64,000 nucleotides of DNA from Octopus vulgaris (taxonomy: Eukaryota), in NCBI GenBank assembly GCA_951406725.2, contig OX597825.1, forward strand, positions 70,742,001 through 70,806,000, given 5' to 3'. Every line of letters begins with the position of its first letter. The first letter of the stretch is position 1. A program made the position numbers and the translations under genes. Below the pieces are notes generated by a model, which saw only the letters and a program-made list of their open reading frames with translations, was not told the origin of the DNA and searched no databases. This document shows positions 12,427 to 25,789 of this stretch, piece after piece.

Positions 12427-13279
12427 TACATATAGGCCTACAAAGAATAAGTTCTGGAGTTGATTTTTCCAACTAAAAAACCCTTTAGGTGATGCTCCAG
12501 CATGGCCACAGTCAAATGACTGAAGTAAAAGAATAAAAGAATATATTATATGTGTAATATATAGTTAATAATTAAATTAAATATGATAATATTGTGCTTT
12601 ATGTGCCTAATTCCCCAATCCATGGAAAACTTGCACTGCATGAAACTGGTCTGTGGTGCAAAAAACATTGGCAAGCTGGGGACAATGGTCAGACACAGAA
12701 AACTACAATATTTTGGCCCAAGTTATCAGCATCCAGAAGGTCTGCAATAGCAACAAGGGCTGCGTGGATAGGGATCAAGCCGAAGGACTACAAAGATGAA
12801 AATGGAGTGATGAAATAAAGGACTTGATGGAGAGGGCTCTGACAAAATGTATGAGTACAGTATGAAATTGCAGTGTGTGTTGAGGAGTGGTGGTCGTGTC
12901 AAAGGCTCTCACATCTCAACCACAAGGATGGACATGATCATACAACTAATTTCTGTGAATGAGCAAGGAGGGAGAGAAAACAATGAAAATGTAAAAAATA
13001 ATAAATAAAATAATATACTTTTAAAAAAATAGCTTTAAGGAAATATTTACACAGAATGATGTTTAACTTGACAATAAGTATCCTTTCGGTGTGCAGAAAC
13101 ATAGTTATATATTTAGATAAGTAATATAAATACAGGCCTATTACACAGCTGTCATTCATTTATACACACATGTATGTATGTATGTATATATATGGGAGTC
13201 TACATACATACATATAAATATATACATATATATACATACATACATACATACATATATATATATATACATATATACATAC

Positions 13280-13367
<88 letters not shown>

Positions 13368-13495
13368 CATATGTGTGTGTGTGTGTGTGTGTGTATATAT
13401 AATTAACTAATGAGGATAGAAATTGATATCAATCAATTAACATCAATTTCAACCAGTGGCCTGGGATATTTTAAAAAATCCAAAGATTTAAAAAT

Positions 13496-13679
13496 TATAT
13501 TACAATTAATGAAAGGAATGACCACTAAAGTGGAATACTATACGCTAGAAATATATGTCAAATCGCTTACCACAAAAAGTGTGTTCTCAAGAAACACACT
13601 TTTTTAAGGCAATTTGACATCTATTTCTAGCGTATAGTATTCCACTTTAGTGGTCATTCATCTCATTAACTGTAATATA
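13496..13679. repeat. Long inverted repeat (about 90-bp arms, almost no loop)
   Basis: 13516-13553 is the exact reverse complement of 13622-13659 (38 bp); pairing extends imperfectly to the centre near 13588. Confidence 0.9.
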
Positions 13680-13687
13680 TATATATT

Positions 13688-14073
13688 TTTGGAAGCACTC
13701 CATCGGTTACGATGACGAGGGTTCCGGTTGATCCGAATCAACGGAACAGCCTGCTCGTGAAATTAACGTGTAAGTGGCTGAGCACTCCACAGACACGTGT
13801 ACCCTTAACGTAGTTCTCGGGGATATTCAGCGTGACACAGAGAGTGACAAGGCCGGCCCTTTGAAATACAGGTACAACAGAAACAGGAAGTAAGAGTGAG
13901 AGAAAGTTGTGGTGAAAGAGTACAGCAGGGATCACCACCATCCCTGCCGGAGACTCGTGGAGCTTTAGGTGTTTTCGCTCAATAAACACTCACAACGCCC
14001 GGTCTGGGAATCGAAACCGCGATCCTATGACCGCGAGTCCGCTGCCCTAACCACTGGGCCATTGCGCCTCCAC
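13688..14073 (-). mobile_element. tRNA-derived SINE family C, tail T1, full length
   Basis: Head 'ggaggcgcaatggcccagtggttagggcagcggactcgcggtc...ggtttcgattccc' (A/B boxes); very similar to 27930-28317. Confidence 0.85.
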
Positions 14074-14166
<93 letters not shown>

Positions 14167-14887
14167 GTAGTCCATAATTTTAGCCAACATTGTATATATC
14201 AAAGCAGCTATAAAAATCCTGTCTTTATAAACTACATCTTCATGAACAGAAAGAGGAACATCAGTTTAGATTGTTTCAATCCTTAGTTAGGTTTTCCTCA
14301 GCAACTGTACACCCTTTGTCCACCTATATGCTAAAATATTTCCAAAGCACCTAGTTCATCTGATCCCTATTTTCTGGCCACAAAGATATTTTATATAAAG
14401 AAAAACAGTGTTCTCTTTTGTCTTTTACATATAATGTCAACTAAAAATCAATGGACAAACTCTATAGAATCATTAGCGTTGAAACAAAGCATTGTTAATG
14501 TACGGAGACCAATTTATTATGGCACTAGCATGAGAGAGACTGACTAGGATCCTGGCAAAACAAAAGAGTTCTCTCTGCTCTGTGTTGATGTCATTCATTC
14601 TTTCAACCAGAGGTTTGTCTCATTCCAGGCAAGAGTGAAGAGCATCACTGCTTCCTCATATTGTCTCCATACATTCATTCTATTAAATTTCGACACAGCT
14701 GGATAGGAAGGCTATCAGACTAAGTAGGTGATGGGAGACAAAGAAATGAAGAACTAGAGTAGTGGGAGTAAGAAGGATGGGAGGCAGCTATATGATGGTT
14801 TTTGGTAATAAGGTTAGGATAAAAGCAACCATTAAGTTAAGAATGTTGTTTGGAATTGTGTGTGTGTGTGTGTGTGTATGAATTAAA

Positions 14888-15051
14888 GGAAGAGTGGCTG
14901 GGTAGTCAAGAAGTTTGCTTCTAAACTACATGGTGCTGGGTTCAATCCCTATCCATGGTACCTTGGACAAGTGTCTCCCACTATAGCCTCAGGCTAACCA
15001 AAGCCTTGTGTGTGGATTTCATAGATGGAAACTGAAAGAAGCCTGTCATAA

Positions 15052-15089
<38 letters not shown>

Positions 15090-15310
15090 AAGTGTGTGAA
15101 TGAGTGTGTTAGTGTCTCCTTGCTCTGACTTCTTGTGATACTTGTAAATGAGCATTGTTGTCATACAAATAGTATTCTTATCAATCTTTCCCGAAAACAT
15201 GTCTGGCCATGAACGAAGTATTACACTACTTGGAAACAAGTGCGGGTTAGTGACAGGAAAGGCATCCAACCATAGAAAATCCACCTCTATGAATTCCATC
15301 CGGCCTGTAT
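14888..15310 (+). mobile_element. SINE family A head + internal microsatellite + alternative tail A2
   Basis: Head 'gtggctgggtagtcaagaag...ggaaactgaaagaagcc', then (TG)n(AG)n, then 'aaacatgtctggccatg...cttggaaaca.gtg.gggtt.gtgacaggaaaggcatcc'. Confidence 0.7.
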
Positions 15311-15762
15311 ACAATCCAATACTCCCTGCTATAACTCTCTCTTTTTGCCTCGCATATAAACAAAAATACATGTGCATACAAAGAAACACACACACGTGTG
15401 TCTAAACACACACACGTGTGTCTGTCTGTGTGTATACATATCTATATCTTCTTGTGCACAAACACACACACACACCTCATTATCATCGCTGTAGTTTAAT
15501 GTCCGTTTTGGCATAGGTTGGACAGTTTGACATAGAGATGTCCAGACTCCAACTGTCTGTTGTGACATGGTGACTGTGGCCAGATGCCCTTCCTAATGCC
15601 AAAGACAATCACAATTTTTAGTTTCCATATACCTTGTGTTCCTTTATAGATGTATTGTGCTAAAAACCCAAGAAATATTTCAGAGCAAGGAGAAAAAAGG
15701 AATTGCCCTGGAAGTGACGACATAGATATTACCATATATATATATATATATACATACACACA

Positions 15763-16047
<285 letters not shown>

Positions 16048-16274
16048 TATATATATGTGTGTGTGTATATATATATATATTAGGAAGGGCATCTAGCTGT
16101 TGAAACTCTGCCAGATCAGATTGGAGTCTGGTGCAGCCATCTGGTTCGCCAGACCTCAGTCAAATCGTCCAACCCATGCTAGCATGGAAAGCGGACGTTA
16201 AACGATGATGATGATGATATATATATACACACACACACACACATATATATTCACATACAGTGGGACAGAGACAT

Positions 16275-16326
<52 letters not shown>

Positions 16327-17019
16327 TAAAATCTATCAGACCTCCTCTCCTCCAAGAAAACCGCATAACAGACACACGCACACTGCGTAACTGCCCACAA
16401 CCCACCAAATAACCAAATAAATGCGGAGATCTCTTCAGAAAGATTCCATTATTCTTCTTCATATTAACGAAAACCATTGTTCAGTTCATGGGGAACAGAA
16501 GGAGCCATGGAAACGGCACAAGAGATGCTTGAAACACAAGCACAGCACTTAACTACAATATCTGGCACATATGGATGGACCTTGTTCTTCCCATTAATAT
16601 CACCTCCTATCTACACAAACATAATGCTCCTATCTCCAGCAGCATGAAATTCCTGTCTGTTCTGCACAGATAACTCATCTTCCACTCCATGACTGCCGTA
16701 TCAAACTCACTCTTCTCTAACCAGTCATCGCATCTTGTCTCAAGAATCTCTCCCACCATACCGAGACAATGAAGGAGATTCCCTTATATGTATGTATGCA
16801 TGCAAAAGACTATAAACATAAATTAAACACATAAACATACACACACACACATAATATACTATATATATATATAACACACACACACAATATAATAAATAAA
16901 CATATATATATATAAACACACACACATATATATAGTATAATATATATATATACATATGTAATATAGATGATGATGATGAATGTATGATATAATATCATGT
17001 GATAAAATATAATGTAATA

Positions 17020-17305
17020 TCATCATCATCATCATCATCATCATCATCGTTTAACGTCCGTTTTCCGCGCTAGCACGGGTTGGACGGTTTCGACCGGGGT
17101 CTGGGGAGCCAGAGGCTGCCCCAGGCTCCAGTCTGGTCTGGCAGTGTTTCTACAGCTGGATGCCCTTCCTAACACCAACCACTCCGCGAGTGTAGTGGGT
17201 GCTTTTTACGTGCCACCTGCACAGGTGCCAGAGGGGTCTGGCATCGGCCACGGTCAGTTGGTGCTTTTTATGTGCCACCTGCACAGTCGGGGCGGTGCTG
17301 GCATC
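17020..17305 (-). mobile_element. Family E (RTE-like LINE 3' UTR) with (GAT)n tail
   Basis: Reverse complement of '...aaaagcacccactacactc..gagtggttgg.gttaggaagggcatccagctgtagaaac...ggacgttaaacgatgatgat'. Confidence 0.75.
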
Positions 17306-17311
17306 ATATTT

Positions 17312-17708
17312 TTTATACTTGTTTCAGTCATTTGACTGCGGCCATGCTGGAGCACCGCCTTTAGTCGAGCAAATTGACCCCGGGACTTATTCTTTGTAAG
17401 CCCAGTACTTATTCTATTGGTCTCTTTTGCCAAATCGCTAAGTGACAGGGATGTAAACACACCAGCATCGGTTGTCAAGCAATGCTAGGGGGACAAACAC
17501 AGACACACAAACACACACATATATATATATATATATACATATATACAACAGGCTTCTTTCAGTTTCCGTCTACCAAATCCACTCACAAGGCATTGGTCAG
17601 CCCGGGGCTATAGCAAGACACTTGCCCAAGATGCCACGTAGTGGGACTGAACCCGGAACCATGTGGTTGGTTAGCAAGCTACTTACCACACAGCCACTCC
17701 TGCGCCTA
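17312..17708 (-). mobile_element. tRNA-derived SINE family A, full length (tail A1)
   Basis: A-box 'tggctgtgtgg', B-box 'gggttcagtccc', CORE-like 'cttgggcaagtgtctt', internal (TA)n, tail '...ggccgcagtcaaatgactgaaacaagta'. Confidence 0.85.
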
Positions 17709-18405
17709 TATATATATAATAAATATAATATATTATACAATATAATATATCATATATAATACAACATAATATATATAACAATATAATCTAATATATAACT
17801 TAATATATATGATTATAATGATTATACATATAAGTTCCAAAACTTAAGCAGAAGATCGGCAAAGTTATGAAAAGAAGATTCACACACAAGACACAGCCAT
17901 GCTCTTTCCTCATTATTATTTACTTTGCAATCCTGTACTACATTTGGTAGTCATAAAGCCCTTGGTTTTGCAATATGCTGAATTATCATTAATTAATAAT
18001 GTATTGAGTAAGTTAATTACTGGGGTGTACAGTTAGTTCTCCGGTTTAAGCACTTTGTTAGCCAAGTACTCATATTTAGTGGGACTGAACCCGGAACGAT
18101 GTGGTTGGTAAGCAAGCTACTTACCACACAGCCACAAAAACAATGTGAATAAAAAAAACCATTACATTTGACAGAATAATCTGTCATCTTCCCTGAACAG
18201 GATGCCAGTCCATTGTAGAATTACACATTTAGAGATGAGTCGGGGAGGATAGGGGATGGGGGTGGGGGGACATGAAATGAAGTGGTCTGCTTAAGAACAA
18301 AATGCACCATTCAGTCCAGGAACAGGAACCACAATCTAACACCCTAACCACTAGGCTACACACATTTACCTTTTTCACAATACCCACCAAAATGAACCTC
18401 TAACT

Positions 18406-18610
18406 CAGGGGTCCCCAAAACTTTTAGACCATCAACCCCTTCATGGAATCCTTGACCCCTCATTGACCCCCCAAGAATGTACAAGAAAATAAATAAATAA
18501 ATATAATAATAATAATAATTAATAGATGTGCAGTTTCCAGGCATTTATCAACGCCTTAAATAGTCCCACTGACCCCCAGGGGTCGATATCAACCATTTTG
18601 GAGACCCCTG
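18406..18610. mobile_element. hAT-type MITE (Charlie/Buster-like)
   Basis: TIRs CAGGGGTCCCCAAAA / TTTTGGAGACCCCTG; 8-bp TSD CTCTAACT (18398-18405) / CTCTAACC (18611-18618). Confidence 0.85.
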
Positions 18611-18772
18611 CTCTAACCGCATTGAGTACTCTTTTCTAAGTAATAAGATGTAGTAACCATAACTACTCTTCTACATACAAACACACACATACACACATAT
18701 TAGTCAGCTGTAAAATTACATAAGTAGCTCTCAGCCTTTGAATCACTCATGTAACTTTGCAGTTAAATAATA

Positions 18773-18813
<41 letters not shown>

Positions 18814-18946
18814 TTCAGATGAATTAGGTACTTAAGCTGTGGCACATCGTTAGATCAGAAAAATATACACATGCAACGATATTACGTAAACATCAAACTT
18901 GGTACAGAAGCACTAGCCGAATGATTGACACCTGTACCAACTGTTA

Positions 18947-19008
<62 letters not shown>

Positions 19009-19204
19009 ACATGTACATCTCATCAGGAAAGATATAAGTAAACCCTCCCAAAAGTGTTGAGTGCCACTTTTTTCCCTTGTTCACTCACTCGTGTGAATGT
19101 GTGTGTGTGTGTGTGTGTGTTCAAAACTGTGCCGGCGCTTTACTCATCATCCATTTATATATTTTGTACAATTTCTCCATTATCTATCTATCTATCTATC
19201 TATC

Positions 19205-19266
<62 letters not shown>

Positions 19267-19324
19267 CATACATATATATATACATACATATATATATATA
19301 TACATACATATATACATACATATA

Positions 19325-19357
<33 letters not shown>

Positions 19358-19405
19358 TATATATATATATTTATATACACACACACACACACGTATAGGT
19401 ATAAA

Positions 19406-19449
<44 letters not shown>

Positions 19450-19541
19450 TATATACATATATAGAATAAAACTTTATATATAAAGAACGTGAAATACACA
19501 AAGTGACGAACATGGAAAACAGACAGTCATTCAGAGCCTTC

Positions 19542-19572
<31 letters not shown>

Positions 19573-19616
19573 TGTATGTATGTATGTATGTATGTATGTA
19601 TGTATGTATGTGTGTG

Positions 19617-19675
<59 letters not shown>

Positions 19676-20415
19676 GTGTGTATGTATGTATGTATGTATG
19701 TATGTATGTATATATGTGTGTAAAGTTGAATGAACACCCTGCCACATTAACTTAATGAGGCCTATCCTACTGAGATAAACGCAGGAACCCACTGGGATGG
19801 ATCCGATTGCCGTGGGTGGTTATTGTGTTGATAGATCCCCCCCCCCCTGTGATTGTTGACCTTTTAAACATTTGTACCACCACCAGACACCACAATCATC
19901 TATCTAACCAATCTTCCTGTCCTACCTTCAATATACTCTCCAGATTAACCGAGGGGGAAAGCCCTACATGATTCATAGACCTGCTAGAAATCATAGTCAG
20001 GTTTCCCTCAGATCACACCCTAATGTCATAAAAAATGTGAAATGATGCATTAAAAATAGTCCTAAATACTTCTCTCAACAAAAATTTATAAAGACAGGAT
20101 AGTCAAAGCTGGAGTGTCTTTAATGGACAATTTGATGGAAATAATAGATCAGTGGATAATAATGTGTTGGACTGGCCCGCTTGCAGAAACAGAAATCTGT
20201 GAAGCTGGGTGTTTTGGGTGGGACATTTTCATCCAAGACTCTGGGTGCAGGCATGGCTGTGTGGTTAAGGAAGCTCGTTTGCCAGCCATGTGGTCTTGGG
20301 TTCAGTCATGCTGTGCAGTAGCACTATGGACAAATGTTTTCTACTGTAGCCCTGGGCCAACCAAAGACTTGTGAGTGGATTTGACAGGCAGAAACTGAAA
20401 CAAGCTTGCTTGCTT

Positions 20416-20475
<60 letters not shown>

Positions 20476-20563
20476 CGCATATATATGTATATATACATCA
20501 TTTTTGTATCACCTAACTGTCCGGATGGTTTGCGCTCTTGTCCCTTTTTGTATTTTATATATC

Positions 20564-20621
<58 letters not shown>

Positions 20622-20702
20622 TATTTGTTGTGTGTGTGTGTGTAGGTACATATATATATCATCATCATATATATATGATGATGATGATATATATATATAT
20701 AT

Positions 20703-20883
20703 AAAGTCTGGAATTTCAGAAATCATAAGTTTGTGTGTGTGTGGTTGTGCATGCACACGTGCGCACACACAGACATAGATAGATGAATATATGCCAAGCT
20801 TGACAATTCTTCACAATATCAAAGAACAATTTCTTTTTAATCAATAAAGCTGATTAGGACCAATTTCTGAAATTCCAGACTTT
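20703..20883. mobile_element. Unclassified MITE-like element with perfect 21-bp inverted ends
   Basis: AAAGTCTGGAATTTCAGAAAT (20703-20723) and its exact reverse complement (20863-20883). Confidence 0.6.
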
Positions 20884-21649
20884 GTTCAGTTAATGCTCAA
20901 CAATGTTGCAAAGGGTAAATATTGGTCACAGCTTCTTCGTGGTTCAAGCCCAAGGTCAGTTTTAATCAAGTAGATCTTCTAACAGCAAAGACATTCTTTG
21001 CTGTTAGAACCATGAACAAAGTCATGAACCATTCCTGTTTCAGTTCATGGGGAACAGAAGGAGCCATGGAAACGCACAAGAGATGCTTGAAATACAAGCA
21101 TCCATAAACCAAAGATTATATTTGAATTCATCATCATTATCGTCATCATAATTTCCTGTCCATCTTCCATGCTCTGGCATGGGTTGGATTGTTTGGCAGG
21201 ATACAATGGGCCCAAGAACTGCACCATGCTCCGATTTCTACTTAGGGCATGGTTTCTATAACCAGATGCCTTTCCTAATGCCAACCACTTTACAGCATGT
21301 ATATTCTATAATTTTGTTTTCTTATCGCAATAATGGTCAGGGTGTTGAGCTCATGATCCTACGATCACAAGTTCAATTCCTAGATCAGGAATTGTAAGGT
21401 GTTCTTAAGCAAGGCACTTCACTTCACACTGCTACAGTCTATTTAGTTGAAATGTATGCTAGTTGAATGCCAGAGCAGGCCTCTTTCCTTGCAGCTGTCA
21501 GATCCAGGATGTTCCACTAGGTCGAAAACTGGAGAGCCATAAGGATGTCATAGTATGCTCGTGACTACATACAAGCAATTAGATCTAATTTATCAATTAG
21601 ATAACACAAGTTATCCATGATTTCAAATTACAATTGTTATAGATACAAT

Positions 21650-22236
21650 TTAACCCTTTAGCATTCAGTTTCCTTTATCAAATGTAACAATTATTTATTC
21701 ATAGGTGCAGGCGCGGCTGTGTGGTAAGAAGCTCGCTTCCCGACCACATGGTTCCAGGTTCAGTCCTGCTGCATGGCACCTTGGGCAAGCATCTTCTACT
21801 ATAGTCTCAGGCTAACCAAAGCCTTGTGAGTGGATTTGGTAGACGGAAACTGAAAGAAGCCCGTTGTATGTGTGTGTGTTTGTTCCACCCACCATTGCTT
21901 GACAACCGATGTAGGTGTGTTTAAGTCCCTGTGACTTAGTGGTTCAGCAGAAGAGACCTACAGAATAAGCACCAGGTTTACAAAGAATAAGTTCAGGGGT
22001 CGATTTCTTCAACTAAAAAGTGGTGCTCCGGCATGGCCACAGTCAAATGAATGAAACAAGCAAAAGAAAACAATAAAAGAATAGTCCCCAGATTTTGATG
22101 ATGCGATTATTATTTTAAGAATGACCTCATAGGGTAAGCGTGAGAAGTCAGATCACACCAGTTTGACCATAGAACAGGTAGAATGTGATGTGGTCAGATA
22201 TGGATGGACACAGTCAGTTTAAATGCTAGTGGGTAA
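21650..22236. mobile_element. MITE P2 interrupted by a full-length family A SINE (21703-22082)
   Basis: 'ttaaccctttagcattcag' left end; SINE A in the middle; 'gtttaaatgctagtgggtaaa' right end. Confidence 0.7.
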
Positions 22237-22246
22237 AGAGAGATTT

Positions 22247-22615
22247 AATGCATTCGAGCTTTGGTGTTGGAGAAGACTTTTACGGATTCCATGGACAGCA
22301 AGGCTCACCAATGGAGAAGTTCTTAAGCAGATCAGGCCGAAATGTCGCTAGAAGCTAGGATCACCAAGCATAGATTGGCATATTTTGGTCATATTATGTG
22401 GAGAAAATCCCTGGAGAAGGACATCATGCTCGGAATGGTCAGTGGCAAGAGAGGAAGAGGCCGACCAAGAACCCGCTGGCTTGACACCATCTAGAGTGAT
22501 ACCGGAATGGACATAGCCAATCTGAAAGAAGCGGCCCAGGATAGAACTGACTGGAGGACACTGATCCATCGAGTAACCGAGAGTCGACTTCGACTGAGCA
22601 GATAGAAGAAAGAAG
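22247..22615 (+). mobile_element. 5'-truncated BovB-like RTE LINE (C-terminal pseudogene fragment)
   Basis: NAFELWCWRRLLRIPWTAR..N.EVL / SLEARITKHRLAYFGHIM..SLEKDIMLG...GKRGRGRPRTRWLD..DR..WR..IH.V..SR.RL*; one frameshift, one stop; (GAA/GAAA) tail; 12-bp TSD AAAGAGAGATTT at 22235-22246 and 22616-22627. Confidence 0.9.
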
Positions 22616-22914
22616 AAAGAGAGATTTGACTGCTGTCTCTAGCAGCTTCAGTGGTAAGAAAGAGGCTCCATCATTCACTGTGAAGTATTATTTTTCTATA
22701 CGGTATGATGCAGTCATCGTAAGTTTTGAGACGCTAAAAATTAGTCAACATAAAGTGCTGAGATCCTTTGAGCGTAAGTATAGCTACTTATACTTCTAAT
22801 GCGATTTCTTAAGTACGCCAGGACAAATAGAATAAAGTGGAAAGCTTCAACTGAGGACCGAAATTGGGTCACAAAGTTTTCTACAGAGCTCGCCTGATAA
22901 ACAACCAAACTGTA

Positions 22915-23300
22915 GTACAGGCATGGATATGTGGTTAAGAAGCTCACTTTGTAGCCATGTGGTCTTGGGTTCAGTCCTACTGCACAGCACCTTGGGCAAG
23001 TGTCTTTGACTATATAGCCCTGGGCTGCCCAATGACTTGTGAATAAATTTGGTAGATGGAAACTATGTGGAAGTCCACTGTGCGTGCGTGTGTGTGCGCG
23101 TGTGCATATCCCCTCTACCCACAGCTTGACAATCAGTCTTGGGTTTGTTTACATCCCCATGACTGAGCAGTTTCGCAAAAGAGACTAACAATAAATATCA
23201 GCTTTACAAAATAGTACTAGGGATCAAGTAGGGATCAACTAAGCCTTTCAAGGTGATGCCCCAACATGGCCACAATCTAATGACAGAAACAAGTAATAGG

Positions 23301-23344
<44 letters not shown>

Positions 23345-23545
23345 ATGCATGTCTCCTCTATCCACAGCTTGACAATCAGTGTTGGGTTTGTTTACATCCC
23401 CATGACCGAGCAGTTTCGCAAAAGGGACCAACAGAATAACTATCAGCTTTAGAAAATATTACTAGGGATCAATTTATTCAACTAAGCCTTTCAAGGTGAT
23501 GCCCCAGCATGGCCAAAATCTAATGACAGAAACAAGTAAAAGGAT
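22915..23545 (+). mobile_element. Family A SINE with tandemly duplicated 3' module
   Basis: Head at 22915; tail at about 23105-23300 and again at about 23345-23545, separated by (TG)n. Confidence 0.75.
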
Positions 23546-23591
23546 GTATGTGTGTGTGCGTACTTACATACACACACACACACACATGCAT

Positions 23592-23660
<69 letters not shown>

Positions 23661-23663
<3 letters not shown>

Positions 23664-24532
23664 GGTGTGGTGAATATCTTGTTTAAGTTACACAAAAATG
23701 AAAATAACATTGACATCCCATTTTAATAGATATATTTACCAAAATTACATAAAAATATCTTGAAATACTAAAGAGTTAATTTATTCAATAAAATCACCAG
23801 TGGCTTCAACCACAGTCTCCAGGCAACTTCAGAATCTCTTGCAACTTTTCTCGATGGTCTCCTCGTTTAAGTTGGTTAATGCTACCATAATCCTTGCATT
23901 TAGATCATCTTTGGTGTTATAAGGAGTTTTGTTGCTCTCTCACTCAACTGCACCCCACACATAATAATCAAGGGGGGTTGCAGTGTGGGGAGTTAGGTGG
24001 ACAGACGTTAGGGGTGATGTGGTCGCAGGAATTGTCTGACAGCTATGACTGGGTTCTTCTGCTTGTGTGGCATGGTGCAGAGCCCTGTTACCAGACATAG
24101 GGTCTTCCTGCAGCTACCATCTTGATCCAGGACAGCATGAATTTGATGTAGGCCTCCATGTTGAGTCTGAGGCCATGTGGGAAGAAGATGAATGGAAGCA
24201 TAACATTGCCATCACTAGTGATCACTCCAAACACCCTTATGTTGGCTGGATGTTTCATTTTTATCACTCTCGGTACATGTTTTGGGGACACAGCTAGATA
24301 ATGGTTGTTCTGTGTGTTCACCATCTTTTCGTATTGGAGCTTCCAGCATGAATGCCAAACAGTACAGTATGTCATTTCCAAATTACTAGCTGAGTGAATT
24401 GCATCATGGTGCTCCTTTTCTCACAGACGGTGCCCAACTGACCCTACTATAATGTGTAGTTGACAAAATCAAAAACAAACAATGCACAAAATCAGAAATA
24501 TAAAACGGCAACAATTTACCCATTGCACCCTG
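23661..24532 (-). mobile_element. Internally deleted Tc1/mariner maT (DD37D) transposon, copy 1
   Basis: Ends (C/G)AGGGTG...; minus-strand remnants KHPANIRVFGVITSDG..PFIF, PYVW, PPNSP.CNP/LDYYVWGAVE. Confidence 0.85.
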
Positions 24533-24544
24533 TATATGTATGTG

Positions 24545-24583
<39 letters not shown>

Positions 24584-24596
24584 TTATATATATATA

Positions 24597-24842
24597 TTCC
24601 CAGACCGGGCGTTGTGAGTGTTTATTGAGCGAAAACACCTAAAAGCTCCACGAGGCTCCGGCAGGGGGTGGTGGTGATCCCTGCTAAACTCTTTCACCAC
24701 TCTTTCTCTCACTCTATCTTCTGTTGGCCTGCTCGCTTAGCCAGCGGGGTGGTGTCATTCGAAGGCTAAAACAATGCAAACGCATTGTGGCCAGCGATGT
24801 GTAGCAACATCTGATGGTCTGGTCGGTCACGTGATCACATGA
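24597..24842 (+). mobile_element. SINE family C body + tail T2, 5'-truncated
   Basis: 'ttcccagaccgggcgttgtgagtgtttattgagcgaaaacacc...cttagccagcggggtgg...gtcggtcacgtgatcacatga'. Confidence 0.8.
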
Positions 24843-24867
24843 TAGATATATATATATATATATATAG

Positions 24868-25053
24868 TAAATCAAAAAAAAGAACAACAAACACAAAAAA
24901 AACAACATGAGGACGTGGAACATGCAAAGTATTAGCAGACACTCAGGGAAGGAAAGAAAGATGGTTTTTACATTTCGAGCAACGCTCTTCTTCACAAACA
25001 GAGCTAAGTCAAATAGAAAGGAAGACGGAGGAAGAAAATCGCCAACGATTCAC
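24868..25053 (-). mobile_element. Penelope-like terminal repeat H1 with degenerate hammerhead (24964-24999)
   Basis: Minus strand 'cgttggcgattttcttcctccgtcttcc...gtttgtgaagaagagcgttgctcgaaatgtaaaaac...'; ends on (TA)n. Confidence 0.6.
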
Positions 25054-25789
25054 ATGTTGTTACAATCAACCCTCGCTGGAATGGAACATCGATGTTAAAT
25101 GATGATGACGATGATGATGACGACGATGATGATGATGATGACGATGATGATGATGACGATGATGATGAAGATGATGATGATGATGATGATGATGATATAC
25201 ATATATCATCACTGATAATATTTACACACACAAGCATGCACACACTTATAGATATCTTAATTTTTCCAAAACTCATGCAATATAAATTAGTTATAATTTA
25301 ATAATCTCCACCTGTCTCATAACAGATTGCAATTAACCTACTTCTGATTCACTTTGATATCTACATTCACTTTGATATTAAGTCATTAAGCTACACATAT
25401 TTATAACAGAAATGTGGAATTCAGTAATATATACATAGATGTAACATAGTTAAGGTCTGTAATACAAACTGTCCATGAAAATCCTGAGTGAGGACAGACC
25501 ATACTTGCTTCATCTATAGTACAGCTCAACCTAAGCTTGCAATAAAAAAAAAACTACACTATTTGATTGAGCCTTTACAAGGTTGTTCAAACTGCTAGAA
25601 ATAACACTCAAATCTCTCATAGAAATTACAAAACCATCTTGAAAATAAAAATAAAAATATTCAAGGATTTATTTGATTAAATGGTCTACATTTGAAATAG
25701 TTAAACACTGAACATAGATGAAACCAACTAGAATATCACTGATCATAGGTATGTACAAACAGCCTGGCGTGGTGTTAAAAAATATGATA

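Noticed and set aside
12625-12685. MER1-like hAT end ('tggaaaa...catgaaactggtc..tggtgcaaaaaa..ttgg')
   Set aside because: Only one degenerate end, with no partner TIR or TSD.
13990-14073. tRNA genes (also near 4391, 28240, 40206, 40917)
   Set aside because: A/B boxes are present but each continues into a SINE body, several with TSDs, and I could not draw a complete cloverleaf.
19002-19035. Minus-strand CTGATGA-GATGTAC...GTGCAT half-hammerhead
   Set aside because: Cut off by (TA)n with no GAAA box or matching stem I; at most a truncated remnant.
22848-22875. CTGAGGA-CC-GAAA motif
   Set aside because: No room for stem II.
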